The translations under genes and the position numbers were made by a program. Source: an uncultured Candidatus Rokubacteria bacterium (GTDB lineage: Bacteria; Methylomirabilota; Methylomirabilia; Rokubacteriales; CSP1-6). From it: a stretch of 64,000 nucleotides of DNA. The DNA is taken from assembly GCA_963754315.1 (NCBI GenBank), contig CAVWFS010000013.1, positions 96,001-160,000 on the forward strand, in the 5' to 3' direction. Below are positions 22,023-32,801 of this stretch, in pieces (within the stretch, counting starts at the first letter, position 1; every line of letters starts with the position of its first letter). Under the pieces are notes generated by a model. The model was not told the origin of the DNA. It saw nothing but the letters and a program-made list of their open reading frames with translations, and did no database searches.

Positions 22023-23979
22023 ATGACGACGCGCTTTCCGCACGTGTTCTCGCCCCTTCGGATCGGCGCCGTCGAGCTGAAGAACCGCATCTTCGTGCCC
22101 GCGCACACGACCAACTACGGCGTGGAGCACTTGCCGAGCGAGCGGCACGTCCACTACCACGCCGAGAAGGCGCGAGGCGGCGTCGGGCTCATCATCTTCG
22201 AAGCGATCCGCGTGCACCCGAGCAGCATCGGCCGTGCGCAGGGCGTGATCGGCTACGACCCGCGCTGCGTCGCGGCCTTCAGTCGGGTGGCCGAAGCCGT
22301 CCACACCCACGATGCCAAGCTCTTCGGTCAGATCGTCCACGTCGGCCGGCACGCAGAGGGCTACTTCGGTCGCACCGCCACCTGGGGCGCCTCCCCCATC
22401 CCGTGGGCGCCGGGCGGACCCATTCCCCACGAAATGAACGAGGACGACATGGCCGAAGTGGTGGCCGGCCATGTCCAGACGGCGCGCCATCTGCGCGAGG
22501 CGGGGCTCGACGGGCTGGAAGTCCACTTCGGTCACGGCCACCTGCTCCAGCAGTTCCTCTCGCCCGCCTCCAACGTGCGGACCGACACCTACGGGGGCAG
22601 CGAGGCCAACCGGCTACGCTTTCCCCTCCGCGTGCTGCAGGCCGTGCGCGAGGCGATGGGGCCCGATTACGCAGTGGGGATTCGCATCAGCGCCGAGGAG
22701 TTCATGAACCCCGGCCTGTCTCTGGCGGACATGCAGCGGATCGTGCCTGCCATCGCGGCCGCGGTACCGATCGACTTCGTCAACGTCTCGCACTCGGCCT
22801 ACCACGCGAGCTATTCGCTGGCCACCCAGATGGCCGACATGCACTTTCCGCGCGCGGCCTTCCGCAGCTGCCGGCGGGGATCAAGGCCGTGGTGCCCGAG
22901 CTGCCCGTGTTCGCAGTCTGCCGCTTCAACCGTCTGCAGCTGGCCGAAGAGGTTCTGGCCGCCGGCGAGGCCGACCTGGTGGGCATGGCGCGCGCCCACA
23001 TCGCCGATCCTTTCCTGCTCGCCAAGGCGCGCGCGGACCAGCTCGACGAGGTCCGGCCATGCATCGCATGTAACCAGGGCTGCATCGCCATGATCGAGCT
23101 GCACCAGTCGGTGACGTGCCTGATGAACCCGACCGCCGGACGCGAGGCCGAGTGGGGTGAAGGCACCTTGACGCGCGCTCCCGTCCCGCGCCGTGTCCTG
23201 GTCATCGGGGGAGGACCGGCGGGCCTGGAGGCAGCACGCGTGGCGGCCATGCGTGGGCATGCGGTCACGCTCTGGGAGCGCGCGGCGGAGGTGGGCGGCC
23301 AGGTGAACCTGGCGGCGCGGATTCCCACACGCGGCGAGTTCACGTACGCGCGGACCTACTTCGAGGAGCGCTGCCGCGCACTCGGGGTGGCGCTGCAATG
23401 CGGGATGGAGGCCAGCGCCGAGCGCGTCGTCGCCTTCCGTCCTGACGCGGTCGTCCTCGCCACCGGCTCTCGGCCCAAGGCGTCACCATCCCCGGGGCCC
23501 CCCGGGTCTACTCGACGTGGGACGCGCTGCTCGAGCCCGAGCGTCTGGGCTCACACGTCGCGTTCATCGAGGCCGACGGCAACTGGCAGTCGGTGGCGGT
23601 CGCCGAGCACCTCGCCGACCTCGGCAAGCGGGTGACCCTGATCACGGGCGGCGTCGGGTACGGGGGCCGCATCACGATCTACAGCATGCTCGCCGTCCGC
23701 CAGCGCTTTCGGGAGAAGAAGATCCGGGTGATGCCGCTCAGGTCGCCGCGGGCGATGGAAGGGCGAACACTCCTCCTCGAGGATCTATCCACCGGCGACA
23801 TGGATCGCCTCCACGACGTCGATGCCATCGTGGCGGCAGCCGGCGGCATCGCCGAGGATCGCCTCTACGGCGAGCTGCGCGGGCAGGTGACCGACCTCCG
23901 GATGGTGGGCGACTGCGTGGCGCCGCGCACCGCGCTCGAGGCCATCTACGAAGGCCACGCCGCCGGCCGCGCGCTGTAG
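22023..23979 (+). CDS. NADH:flavin oxidoreductase (OYE/FadH-like) with Fe-S and FAD domains (2 frameshifts)
   Basis: LKNRI, HFGHGHLLQQFLSP, YGGS, CIACNQGC, VIGGGPAGLEAA, VGDCVAPR. Confidence 0.9.
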
Positions 23980-23980
23980 A

Positions 23981-24307
23981 TTACGGCGCCGTCGGCTGCG
24001 CGAGGCGAAGGTCGAGACTGAAGGCGAGAGCCTGGTCGGCCTCGCGGAGGGCTTCTCGCGGAAGTGATCCCACCCGCTCCAGAATCGCCCGCCTCGGCAA
24101 GGTGACGATCGTTTCCATCTTGACGATCGACGTTGTCCGCAGCCCGGCGGCTCTCGCTAGCGGTGAAGGGTACGGGATCACGAAGTGCATCGGATAGCGC
24201 TTCCCGGGGACGGATGAGGAGATGAGAGCCACGATGCGGTGCTCCCGAACGGTTTCCGCTCTTGATGCGACCATGTCGCCACGGTGAAGCTCTGGCGGCG
24301 GGCTCAC
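23981..24307 (-). CDS. PemK/MazF family toxin, apparently with an internal deletion
   Basis: RGDMV ... IVALISS ... GLRTTSIVKMETIVTL ... VGSL ... DQALAFSLDL; the usual K/R-x-R-P-x-V-V segment is absent. Confidence 0.75.
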   Translation of the reverse strand: MSPPPELHRGDMVASRAETVREHRIVALISSSVPGKRYPMHFVIPYPSPLARAAGLRTTSIVKMETIVTLPRRAILERVGSLPREALREADQALAFSLDLRLAQPTAP

Positions 24308-24310
24308 CCA

Positions 24311-24550
24311 TCACTCCGCGATCTCGTCGAGCACCGCCAGATAGGCCTCAGCTTCCCCCCGGTCCTCGTCAGACATCTTCTGGTATCCCTCCCGTGCCAG
24401 GAGGGCCAGCCGATTCCGTTCCCAGAGGACGATCGCTTGCTCGACGACTCGGCTCTTCGAGATCTTCGCGCGTTCAGCGTGACGCTCGATCACCCGATAC
24501 ACATGCGGGTCCACCGTCACGCTCAGTTTCTCGCGGTTCCCCTGCTTCAT
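24311..24550 (-). CDS. Ribbon-helix-helix antitoxin
   Basis: EKLSVTVD...ISKSRVVEQAI...LAREGYQKM; directly upstream of the MazF-like gene. Confidence 0.8.
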   Translation of the reverse strand: MKQGNREKLSVTVDPHVYRVIERHAERAKISKSRVVEQAIVLWERNRLALLAREGYQKMSDEDRGEAEAYLAVLDEIAE

Positions 24551-24637
24551 GAGATCCTCCGAATTATCGGATGTTTCATCGCCTATCTTATCCTATGCGC
24601 ATTGTCGGCGAGCCAGACTTGTGTCACCATGTGTCAC

Positions 24638-24889
24638 ATGAAGACCATCTCGATTCGGGAGCTTCATCAGCGCACCGGGGCCTGGGTGAGAAAAGCGGCC
24701 GAGCTCGGCTCAATCACTGTCACCGAACGAGGTCGGCCGGTGGCCCGGCTCGAAGCGGTGGAGGAGCACGGCCGCCGGAACCCGTTCCTGAGCCGCAAGC
24801 TCCGACCCGGCTACAAGCGGCTCATGGGCACGCTCACCGGCGGGACCGACATCGTCACCATGGTGTCGGAGGACCGCGGGGAGCGATAG
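24638..24889 (+). CDS. Phd/YefM antitoxin
   Basis: MKTISIRELHQRTGAWVR...ITVTERGRPVARL; GTGTCAC direct repeats just upstream. Confidence 0.88.
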   Translation: MKTISIRELHQRTGAWVRKAAELGSITVTERGRPVARLEAVEEHGRRNPFLSRKLRPGYKRLMGTLTGGTDIVTMVSEDRGER

Positions 24890-24895
24890 CGGCGC

Positions 24896-25350
24896 GTGGG
24901 CTATTTCGACTCGGGGTATGTCGCTAAGTTCTACGTGGACGAACCCGACAGCCCGCAGGTGCGGCGACTTGCCGAGGCGCTCGGAGAGGTGCACTGCGCG
25001 GCCCTGGGTCGGGCTGAGGTCTCGGCCGCCCTGCACCGCAAGCTGCGCGAAGGGGTCTCGGCGAAGCGGCGTTCCGGGAGGTGATCGCGCAGTTCCAGCG
25101 GGATTGCGCGGGCGGCTTGTGGACATGGATCCCGATGACAGCCCGGATACTGGCGGCAACGGTTGCCGCCATCCGCGACGTGCCGAAGTTCGTATTCCTT
25201 CGCGCGGCTGATGCGATCCATCTGGCCTGTGCCCGCGAGAGTGGATTCACGGAGATCTACACCGGCGACCGTCACATGCGGGTGGCCGCGACATACTTCC
25301 GCGTACGGGCCATAACCGTCTCTGACAACACCCAAGGAGATCTCCAATGA
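24896..25350 (+). CDS. VapC PIN toxin (frameshift near 25070)
   Basis: YFDSGYVAKFYVDEPDS, LRAADAIHLACA, IYTGDRHM. Confidence 0.88.
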
Positions 25351-26010
25351 ACTACAAGACCTGTGCGTTCGTGTTCGCCTCGGCTGCCTGTCCTGGTGCT
25401 TGGCCTGACCGGCACCGCGCCGGCGCAACAGGCGGGCATGACCTTCTTCATCACCAGTGCCGGTTCCGGAAAGGGGGCTGACCTCGGAGGCCTGGCCGGG
25501 GCGGACCAGCTCTGCCAGACGCTCGCCGGCGCCGTCGGCGCGGGCGGCCGCACCTGGCGCGCGTATCTCAGCACGCAGGCCTCCGCAGGCGCGGCCGCGG
25601 TCAACGCGCGCGACCGCATCGGACGTGGGCCCTGGCAGAACGCCAAGGGAGTCGTGATCGCCGGCAACGTCGACGAGCTGCATGGCACCAACAACCTGAA
25701 CAAGCAGACCGCCCTCAACGAGAAGGGCGAGGTTGTCAACGGTCGGGGCGACACACCGAACCGGCACGACATCCTCACCGGCACCACGCCAGATGGCCGC
25801 GCGCCGGCGGGCGATCAGGACATGACGTGCGGCAACTGGACGAAGAGCGGAGAAGGCGCGGCCATCGTCGGCCACCACGACCGGATAGGGCTCCGCGACG
25901 ACGCGCCCTCGAAATCCTGGAACTCGTCCCACCCCTCTCGCGGCTGCAGCCAGGACGCGCTGAGAGGCACGGGCGGCGACGGTTTGCTGTACTGCTTCGC
26001 GGGGAACTAG
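25347..26010 (+). CDS. Secreted endostatin/C-type-lectin-fold (DUF1554-like) protein (frameshift in the signal peptide)
   Basis: SD AAGGAG; FFITS, DLGGLAGADQLCQTLA, WRAYLS, ARDRIGRGPW, TCGNW, LLYCFA. Confidence 0.8.
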
Positions 26011-26079
26011 AGGCTCAGGGGCGGCTCACCGCCCGCAGATCAACACGACCGCGCCAGCTTCACGACCGCGTCCGGCTTT

Positions 26080-26652
26080 CTAGGAGCGGCCGGCGGCGAG
26101 CGGGGGCGGGCCGAGCGGTTCGCGAACACTGCCTGCCAGCGTGAGCACGCTATGCACCAGTTCCGCCAGGCTGGCGCGCGCGTGAGCGTCGGCGAGCTTG
26201 CCGTCCTTGAAGTGGGCGGACTCGAGGTAGACGCTGGTCGGCAGCACGAGGGCGCCGAACCAGGCGAGCACCGCGCGCAGGTGCCAGTCGACCCCGAGGT
26301 AGTGATGAAGGGTGGCGCCCATGGCCACGATGCCGACCGGCTTGCCGCGCAGCGCCTCGACCGGCGCCAGGTCGAGCAGGTTCTTGAGGGCACCGGTGAA
26401 CGAGCCCCGGTACACCGGACTCGCCAGCAGCACGGCGTCGGCGGCGACGATCTGGCCCACCACATGGGCGCTGTCGTCCTCGAGGCGGTCGAGCGGGCGG
26501 CCGTCGGCGAAGGAGATGTGGTAGTCGGCGAGGTTCACCAGACTCGCTGAGCAGTCCGACCGGGCGCCCGCCGTCTCGAGGGCAAGCTCCATCGCCTGGT
26601 TGAGCCGTCCCGGCGGAGTCACGCTGCCCACGACGGCGACGAGCTTCGGCAC
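26080..26652 (-). CDS. NADPH-dependent FMN reductase (SsuE-like)
   Basis: VVGS, ASPVYRGSFTGALKNLLD, LRGKPVG. Confidence 0.9.
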   Translation of the reverse strand: MPKLVAVVGSVTPPGRLNQAMELALETAGARSDCSASLVNLADYHISFADGRPLDRLEDDSAHVVGQIVAADAVLLASPVYRGSFTGALKNLLDLAPVEALRGKPVGIVAMGATLHHYLGVDWHLRAVLAWFGALVLPTSVYLESAHFKDGKLADAHARASLAELVHSVLTLAGSVREPLGPPPLAAGRS

Positions 26653-26655
26653 GGC

Positions 26656-27741
26656 TCACGCCGCCGCGTGGAGACGATCGCGGCGTGCCACCTCGGCGCG
26701 GACGAGGGGAATCAGCTCGCGCCCGTACTCGGCCGCGTCGTTGAGGGGATCGAAGCCGCGGATGAGGAGCGTGGTGACCCCGAGGTCGTAGTACTGGACG
26801 AGCGACTCCGCCACCTGATCGGGGGTACCGACCAGGGCGGTGGTATTGCCGGCCCCGCCAACGGCCGCGGCGATCGGCGTCCACAGGCGCTGGTCGTGCA
26901 CCTCGGCCTCGCGCGCGAAGTCGACCAGCCGCCGCGCTCCCACCGCCTCGGGAAGGGGCAGTGTGCGGTCGCCCTGCTTGGCTCGCACCGCGGCCAGGAT
27001 GCTGCGCGCCTTGTCCCATGCTTGAGCCTCGGTGGGCGCGATGATCGGGCGCAGCGAGACGCTGAAGCGAGGCTCACGGTCGAAGGGCAACGCGGCCGCT
27101 CGCACGTCCGCGATCCGCTGCTTCACCGCGGCCAACGGCTCGCCCCAGAGCATGTAGACGTCCGCGTGCTTGGCGCCGATCCGATGTGCCGCCTCGGAGG
27201 CGCCGCCGAAGTAGAGAGGCACGTGCGGCTTCTGCAGTGGCTTGATCTCCGAATACGCGCCGGCGACTCGGTAGAATTCGCCCGCGTGGTCGAAGGGACG
27301 ATCCTCCGTCCACACGCGGCGCAGGAGGGTCAGGTACTCGTCGGTGCGACGATAACGGGTGTCATGATCGAGCCAATCGCCGTCCTTGGCCTGGTCGGCA
27401 TCGCTGCCGCCCGTGATGATGTGAAGCGCCAGGCGGCCACCGCTCACCTGATCGAACGTGGCGGCCTTGCGCGCGGCCAGGCCCGGCGCCACGAAGCCAG
27501 GCCGATGGGCGATCAGATAGGCGAGCCGCTCCGTGTGGGCGGCCGCATACCCCGCGATCACGAAGCCCTCGGCGGAGGTCGCCGTGTAGCCCACCAGCAC
27601 CTTGTCGAACCCCGCTCGCTCGTGGGCCTGAGAGAAGGCGCGCACCCAGGCGAGATCGATCTCGCCCCCGATCACGTGCACGGCAGCACCGTCGGCGCCC
27701 TCGGGCTTCACGCCGATCATCCCGATGAACTCGATGGGCAT
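26656..27741 (-). CDS. LLM flavin-dependent monooxygenase (alkanesulfonate monooxygenase-like)
   Basis: AHERAGFD, IAHRPGF, SGGRL, YFGGASEAA, ADVYMLWGEP, LVGTPDQVA. Confidence 0.9.
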   Translation of the reverse strand: MPIEFIGMIGVKPEGADGAAVHVIGGEIDLAWVRAFSQAHERAGFDKVLVGYTATSAEGFVIAGYAAAHTERLAYLIAHRPGFVAPGLAARKAATFDQVSGGRLALHIITGGSDADQAKDGDWLDHDTRYRRTDEYLTLLRRVWTEDRPFDHAGEFYRVAGAYSEIKPLQKPHVPLYFGGASEAAHRIGAKHADVYMLWGEPLAAVKQRIADVRAAALPFDREPRFSVSLRPIIAPTEAQAWDKARSILAAVRAKQGDRTLPLPEAVGARRLVDFAREAEVHDQRLWTPIAAAVGGAGNTTALVGTPDQVAESLVQYYDLGVTTLLIRGFDPLNDAAEYGRELIPLVRAEVARRDRLHAAA

Positions 27742-27758
27742 CCGGTCCGCCTGAACCC

Positions 27759-28712
27759 TCAGCCGCGGGTACGGAGCTTCGGGTCCCAGGCGTCGCGCAG
27801 GGTATCGCCGAAGAGGTTGAAGCCGAGCACGGCAATGCTGATGGCGAGCCCGGGAAAGATGGCCAGCCAGGGAGCTTGCTCCATGAACGCGCGACCGGTG
27901 CTGCTCAGCATCAGCCCCCAGGAGGGCGTGGGCGGCTGCGTTCCCAGGCCCAGGAAGCTCAAGGTCGCTTCGATCAGGATGGCGTTGCCGAGCCAGATCG
28001 ACGCGATGATGAGGATGGGCGCCGTCACGTTGGGCAGGATATGGGTGGCCAGGATGCGCGGGTGTCGAGAGCCAAGGGCCAGGGCGGCCTCCACGTAGGG
28101 GTTCTGCTTGGCCGAGAGGACGGTGCCGCGGACGATGCGCGAGTTACCAGGAATGATCACGACCGCGATGGCGATCATCGCGTTCGTCGTGCTCGGCTTC
28201 AGCACCGACACGATGGCCAGCGCGAGCATCAGCCCCGGAATGGCCTGGATCGCGTCCATGACGCGCTGGACGATGATATCGAGGCGGCCCTCCCAGTAGC
28301 CGCAGGCGAGGCCAATGATCATGCCCGCGAAGGTGCCGATCCCCACCGCGAGAAGCCCGACCCACAGGGAGATCCGGGCGCCGTAAATGATGCGACTGAA
28401 CACGTCACGACCGATGTCATCGGTCCCGAAGAGGTGGGCCCAGCTCGGCGGGGCCAGCCGGATCTCGGGCTGGGCCGCCAGCGGGTCGTATGGCGCCAGG
28501 ACGTCGGCGAAGACGGCGGTGAGCACCAGCACCGCGAGGACCGTGGCCGAGGCGAGCCCGAGCGGTTTCCGCTTGAGCGACCTCCACAGGGCCCCTGCTC
28601 GACCGAGGGTCATCCCCCCAGCCGGTATGTCCAGGACGGCGGAGGTGGGCCCGGGCATCACCGGCGCCTCGAGGTCCAGCCGATTGGGGTCAGCGCTCGC
28701 CGGCGCGCTCAT
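27759..28712 (-). CDS. Dpp/Opp-type ABC permease (DppC-like)
   Basis: FGTDDIGRDVFSRIIYGARISL, YVEAA, SFLGLG, PSWG. Confidence 0.92.
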   Translation of the reverse strand: MSAPASADPNRLDLEAPVMPGPTSAVLDIPAGGMTLGRAGALWRSLKRKPLGLASATVLAVLVLTAVFADVLAPYDPLAAQPEIRLAPPSWAHLFGTDDIGRDVFSRIIYGARISLWVGLLAVGIGTFAGMIIGLACGYWEGRLDIIVQRVMDAIQAIPGLMLALAIVSVLKPSTTNAMIAIAVVIIPGNSRIVRGTVLSAKQNPYVEAALALGSRHPRILATHILPNVTAPILIIASIWLGNAILIEATLSFLGLGTQPPTPSWGLMLSSTGRAFMEQAPWLAIFPGLAISIAVLGFNLFGDTLRDAWDPKLRTRG

Positions 28713-29659
28713 CGGTAGCGAATCCGCGGGTCGAGCCACGCGTAGGTGAGATCCACCACGAGATTGAGGGTGACCAGGACGGCCGCCACCAGCATGACGT
28801 TGGTCTGCACGACGGGATAGTCGCGAAAGAGGATCGCCTCCACCGTCAACCGGCCCATCCCCGGTAACGCGAAGATCGTTTCCACCACCACGGTGCCGGC
28901 CAGGAGCGTCCCCATCTGCCCGCCGACGATGGTCACCACGGGGATCAGCGCGTTCTTCAGCGCATGCTTGTAGACGACCAAGCGGCCGCCCAGGCCCTTG
29001 GCCCAGGCCGTCCGCACGTAGTCTTCCCGCAACACCTCGAGCACCGTCGAGCGCGTCATGCGCATCGTGGCCGCTGACAGGCGGAAGCCGAGCACGGCGG
29101 CCGGCAGCAGAAATTGCTGCAGGTTCCGCCACGGATCATCCCAGAGGTTGGAGTATCCCAGGGGCGGGATCCAGCGGAACCAGATGGCCGCGAAGGTGAT
29201 GACGAGGGTGCCGAGCCAGAAATCGGGCAGGGAGAGGCCGGAGACGGCGACAACCCGCCCCACGTAATCCGAAGGCTTGTCCTGGCGGGTGGCGGAGAGC
29301 ACGCCGACGGGAATCGCGATCACCAACCCCAGGATCATGGCCAAGGTGGCCAGCTCCAGGGTGACCGGGATCGCCTTCCGGAGCGCAACGGGGATGGGCT
29401 CGTTGGTGAAGATCGAATGACCGGGGTTCAGGCTCACCATCCGCCAGACCCAGATGAGGTACTGCTCGTGATAGGGCCGGTCGAGGCCGAGATCCTTGCG
29501 GAGCTTCTGCAGCTCGCGCTCGCCCACGTTACCGGACTCGCCCATCAAGGCCACCAGCGCGTCACCCGGCATCACGCGCATCAGCCCGAAGACGATCAGC
29601 GACGAGCAGACCAGAACCGGAATGGCGAGCAGCAGGCGGCGCATCACGTACTTGTGCAT
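28709..29659 (-). CDS. Dpp/Opp-type ABC permease (DppB-like)
   Basis: MPGD, DYVRTAWAKGL, HALKNALIPV, ETIFALPGMG, RDYPVVQ. Confidence 0.93.
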   Translation of the reverse strand: MHKYVMRRLLLAIPVLVCSSLIVFGLMRVMPGDALVALMGESGNVGERELQKLRKDLGLDRPYHEQYLIWVWRMVSLNPGHSIFTNEPIPVALRKAIPVTLELATLAMILGLVIAIPVGVLSATRQDKPSDYVGRVVAVSGLSLPDFWLGTLVITFAAIWFRWIPPLGYSNLWDDPWRNLQQFLLPAAVLGFRLSAATMRMTRSTVLEVLREDYVRTAWAKGLGGRLVVYKHALKNALIPVVTIVGGQMGTLLAGTVVVETIFALPGMGRLTVEAILFRDYPVVQTNVMLVAAVLVTLNLVVDLTYAWLDPRIRYR

Positions 29660-29704
29660 GGACGCGCCGCTCGCTAGCGGTCTCTGAGGCCTCCGGCCCC
29701 TCCG

Positions 29705-31405
29705 CTACTTGTCAATCCAGAGCCGGGCGATGGTCGGCGAGCCATAGCCGATCGTGCCGCGCAGCACGCCGCCGGCCACGTTCCGGAGATGCGGCTGGAA
29801 GACCACGAAGTTGGTGCCATAGCGGCATCCACATGCGGAGGACCTGGTCGTACTCCCGCTCCACGATCGTTCTGGCCGTCGCCCGCTGCTCGGCCCGGTC
29901 GGGCGTCTGCCGGAGCTTCGCGGTCAGCTCGTCGATGAGCGGATCGTTGACCCTGAAGAAGTTCTTCGTCGACTTGGAGTGCATGTACACGTACGTCCGC
30001 TCGTCGAGGCCTGTCGCGTGGCCGGACTGGAAGCCCCAGGCCATCCCGTCCCACTTGCCCTCGACATAGCGCCCGTAATAGCCCGTGTAATCGAGCTTGC
30101 TGATCTTGACGTCGATGTTGAGGTTCTTCTTGAGGTCCTGCTGGACGAGCTGGACCTGAGAGGTCATCTGCGGGAAGTACTCGTAGTAGAACAAGCGTCG
30201 TCTCGAAGCCGTTCGGGTGGCCGGCCTCGGCCAGCAGCTTCTTGGCGTCGGCGGGGCGGTACTGCCACCAGGGGCCGAGATCCTTCGCCGACGGCTTCGC
30301 GTCCTGGTAGTAGATCCACGGCACGCCAGCGGTGAGGATGCCGTGGCCCTCGAACACCGTATCCACCTGCTTCTGGCGGTCGATGGCCATGGAGATCGCG
30401 CGGCGGACGCGCACGTCGTTGAACGGCGGCCGATCCTGGGCGAGCGCCAGTCCGAACGGCGTGATGGAAGGCGTGAGCGCCTGCACGAGGGCGTGCAGGG
30501 TTCGTCTTGCGGACCGCCTCCACCTCCGACGGGCTCTGCAGGGGCAGGAAGTCGCTCTGGCCGGTGCGAAACGCCGCCATGCGGGTGGCGGAGTCCGGCG
30601 TCGACAGGATGACGTACTCGTCGACGTAGGGGCGACCCGCGTCGAAGTAGTCGGGGTTGCGCTGAAGGACGACGCGCACCTTGCGGGTGTGCTCCTTGAG
30701 GATGTAGGGCCCGGTGCCGATCAGGCGCTTCTTGAGGTCGCCGTCCTCCTCGAGCACCTCGCGCGAGAAGATCACGGCCACCGATTCGGCGACGTTCTGC
30801 GGGAAGAGCGCGTTGGGCGTCCTGAGGTGGACGCGCAGCGTATGCGAATCCGGCGTCTCCATGGCCTCGATTTCCTGGAACGTGAAGGTCTGCACGCCCT
30901 CCTTGGCGTAGGCCTCGAAACAGTACTTGACGTCCGCGGCAGTGAGCTCGCGTCCTTTGAGCGGCGGCACGTTCTGCCACTTGACGCCCCGGCGCAGCTT
31001 GAACGTCCATTGGCGCTGGTCAGGAGTCCCCTGCCAGGACTCGGCGAGGTCTCCCTTGAGACTCAGGTCGTTGTAGCCAGTCGCCTCGTCGGTGAACGCA
31101 TAGCGCAAGAGACGATTGCTGGTGAGGCCGGCGAACTGGAAGAGCCCGACGGATTGGGTCAGCCGCGGGTCGATCACAGGGGGATCCCAGGCCGAGGCCC
31201 GGGTCAGCACCCCGCCGCGCTTCGGCGGCTTGGAGCTCGCCGGGATCCAGTCGGGGTACTGGCCCGCCTGAGCAGAGGCTCGCCCCCGACCGGCAGTGAC
31301 GGTGAAGGTGGCGGCGCCGAGGCCACCCCATCCGACCTGTTTGAGGAATTGGCGTCGGTTGACGTGGAGATAGCGGACGATCGGGCCCGGGCTATAGAGG
31401 GGCAT
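29705..31405 (-). CDS. Family 5 ABC substrate-binding protein with Tat signal (frameshifted)
   Basis: NRRQFLK; GDLAESW, FKLRRGVKW, IGTGPY, PFNDVRVRRAISMAIDR; ends IARLWIDK*. Confidence 0.88.
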
Positions 31406-31616
31406 CGTAGCCCTCCTTGTTCGCGCACCGGTGAAGGAACCCCGCGATCGCCTCGCACACGCGAGGCGGCATCGCGCCAAGTGGGGTGAACATGCCGGGG
31501 CCGGTAGGCAAAGTCAAGCGCTTTCGCTACTGGACATGATGTCCTCTCGGAATCGTGGAGCCGATGCGCGGTATAAGGGAACCGGGCAGCAGAGCGCACG
31601 TCGAGGAGATCAGGAC

Positions 31617-32552
31617 ATGAGCTACAAGTTGCTGAGCTACCAGTCGGGTCGGGAAGCGCGCGCCGGAATCCTCGTGGAGGATAGCGTGTACGACGTCGCC
31701 AAGGTCACCAGGGTCGCCGCTTATTCGAGCGGACTCGGCATCGTGCGGGAGTGGACGAAGGCGCGTCGCCAGCTGGCCCAGGCGGCTAAGCGCATCGCGG
31801 CCGGCCAGAGCCGGGTCAAGGGCACTCCGCTCAAGCGGGTCCGGCTGCTGGCGCCGCTGCCTGAGCCAGGAAACATCTTCTGCGCGGGAGCGAACTACAC
31901 CGACCACATGGCGGAGATGGCGCGGGCCCAGGGCCAGCCGCCGGGACCGACCATGAAGGAACTGGGCGAAAAGCCGTGGCACTTCGTCAAGACCTCGCGG
32001 AGTTCGGTGGCTGGCCCCGGCTCCAAGGTCAAGCTGCCACCGTTTTCACGAAAGGTCGACTGGGAAGTTGAGCTGGCGGCGGTGATCGGCAAGACCGCTC
32101 GGGACGTGCAGGCGGAGGATGCGCTCGAGTGCGTGGCGGGCTACACCATCGCCAACGATCTCTCGGCACGCGACGTCATGGCGCGGGAGAAGATCCCCCT
32201 CGCCTCACCGTTTCACTTCGACTGGCTCAGCCAGAAGTGCTTCGACGGCTCCTGCCCGCTCGGTCCCTGGATGGTGCCGGCCAGCGACATCCCCGACCCG
32301 CAGAACCTCGCCTTGAAGCTGTGGGTGAACGACGTGCTGATGCAGGACTCCCACACGAGCCGGATGATCTTCACCACCGCCGAGCAGATCGCCATGCTGT
32401 CCTCGCGCGTGACTCTGCAGCCGGGCGACCTCGTCCTGACCGGCACCCCGGCCGGCGTGGGAATGGGTCGGCAGCAATTCCTGAAGGCCGGCGACACCGT
32501 GCGGCTGTGGATCGAGGGCATCGGCGAGCTGACACACACAATGGTCGAGTGA
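31617..32552 (+). CDS. Fumarylacetoacetate hydrolase family protein
   Basis: FCAGANYTDH, DWEVELAAVIG, YTIANDLSARD, LTGTPAGVG. Confidence 0.93.
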   Translation: MSYKLLSYQSGREARAGILVEDSVYDVAKVTRVAAYSSGLGIVREWTKARRQLAQAAKRIAAGQSRVKGTPLKRVRLLAPLPEPGNIFCAGANYTDHMAEMARAQGQPPGPTMKELGEKPWHFVKTSRSSVAGPGSKVKLPPFSRKVDWEVELAAVIGKTARDVQAEDALECVAGYTIANDLSARDVMAREKIPLASPFHFDWLSQKCFDGSCPLGPWMVPASDIPDPQNLALKLWVNDVLMQDSHTSRMIFTTAEQIAMLSSRVTLQPGDLVLTGTPAGVGMGRQQFLKAGDTVRLWIEGIGELTHTMVE

Positions 32553-32603
32553 TGAGGGAGACGGCGAGAGGAAGGCGTGGCCGCGAGAGGCCGCGCGCAG
32601 CCT

Positions 32604-32632
32604 TTGACAGGAACGGCGCTCGGCGGTAGGGT
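32604..32632 (+). promoter_or_regulatory. Sigma-70 promoter
   Basis: TTGACA-17 nt-TAGGGT, about 170 nt upstream of ATG 32802. Confidence 0.65.
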
Positions 32633-32801
32633 TGCCGACGACACGATTGGTGAGCGGGGACCGGATGATCTGGTCGAGAGACGCCCCGCCCGCGACGTGA
32701 CATTCCTGCCCGTTCCGTCCGCTCCTGGAAAGGAGGAAGGTTAGACGGCGCCCGCCCTCGAATCATCGTCGGCCGCTTCGATTCACCCGAGGAGGAGTGC
32801 G

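Noticed and set aside
32700..32745. Moco or glycine riboswitch
   Set aside because: Only short words (GGAAAGGAG, GAGAGA) match; the other conserved elements are not evident.
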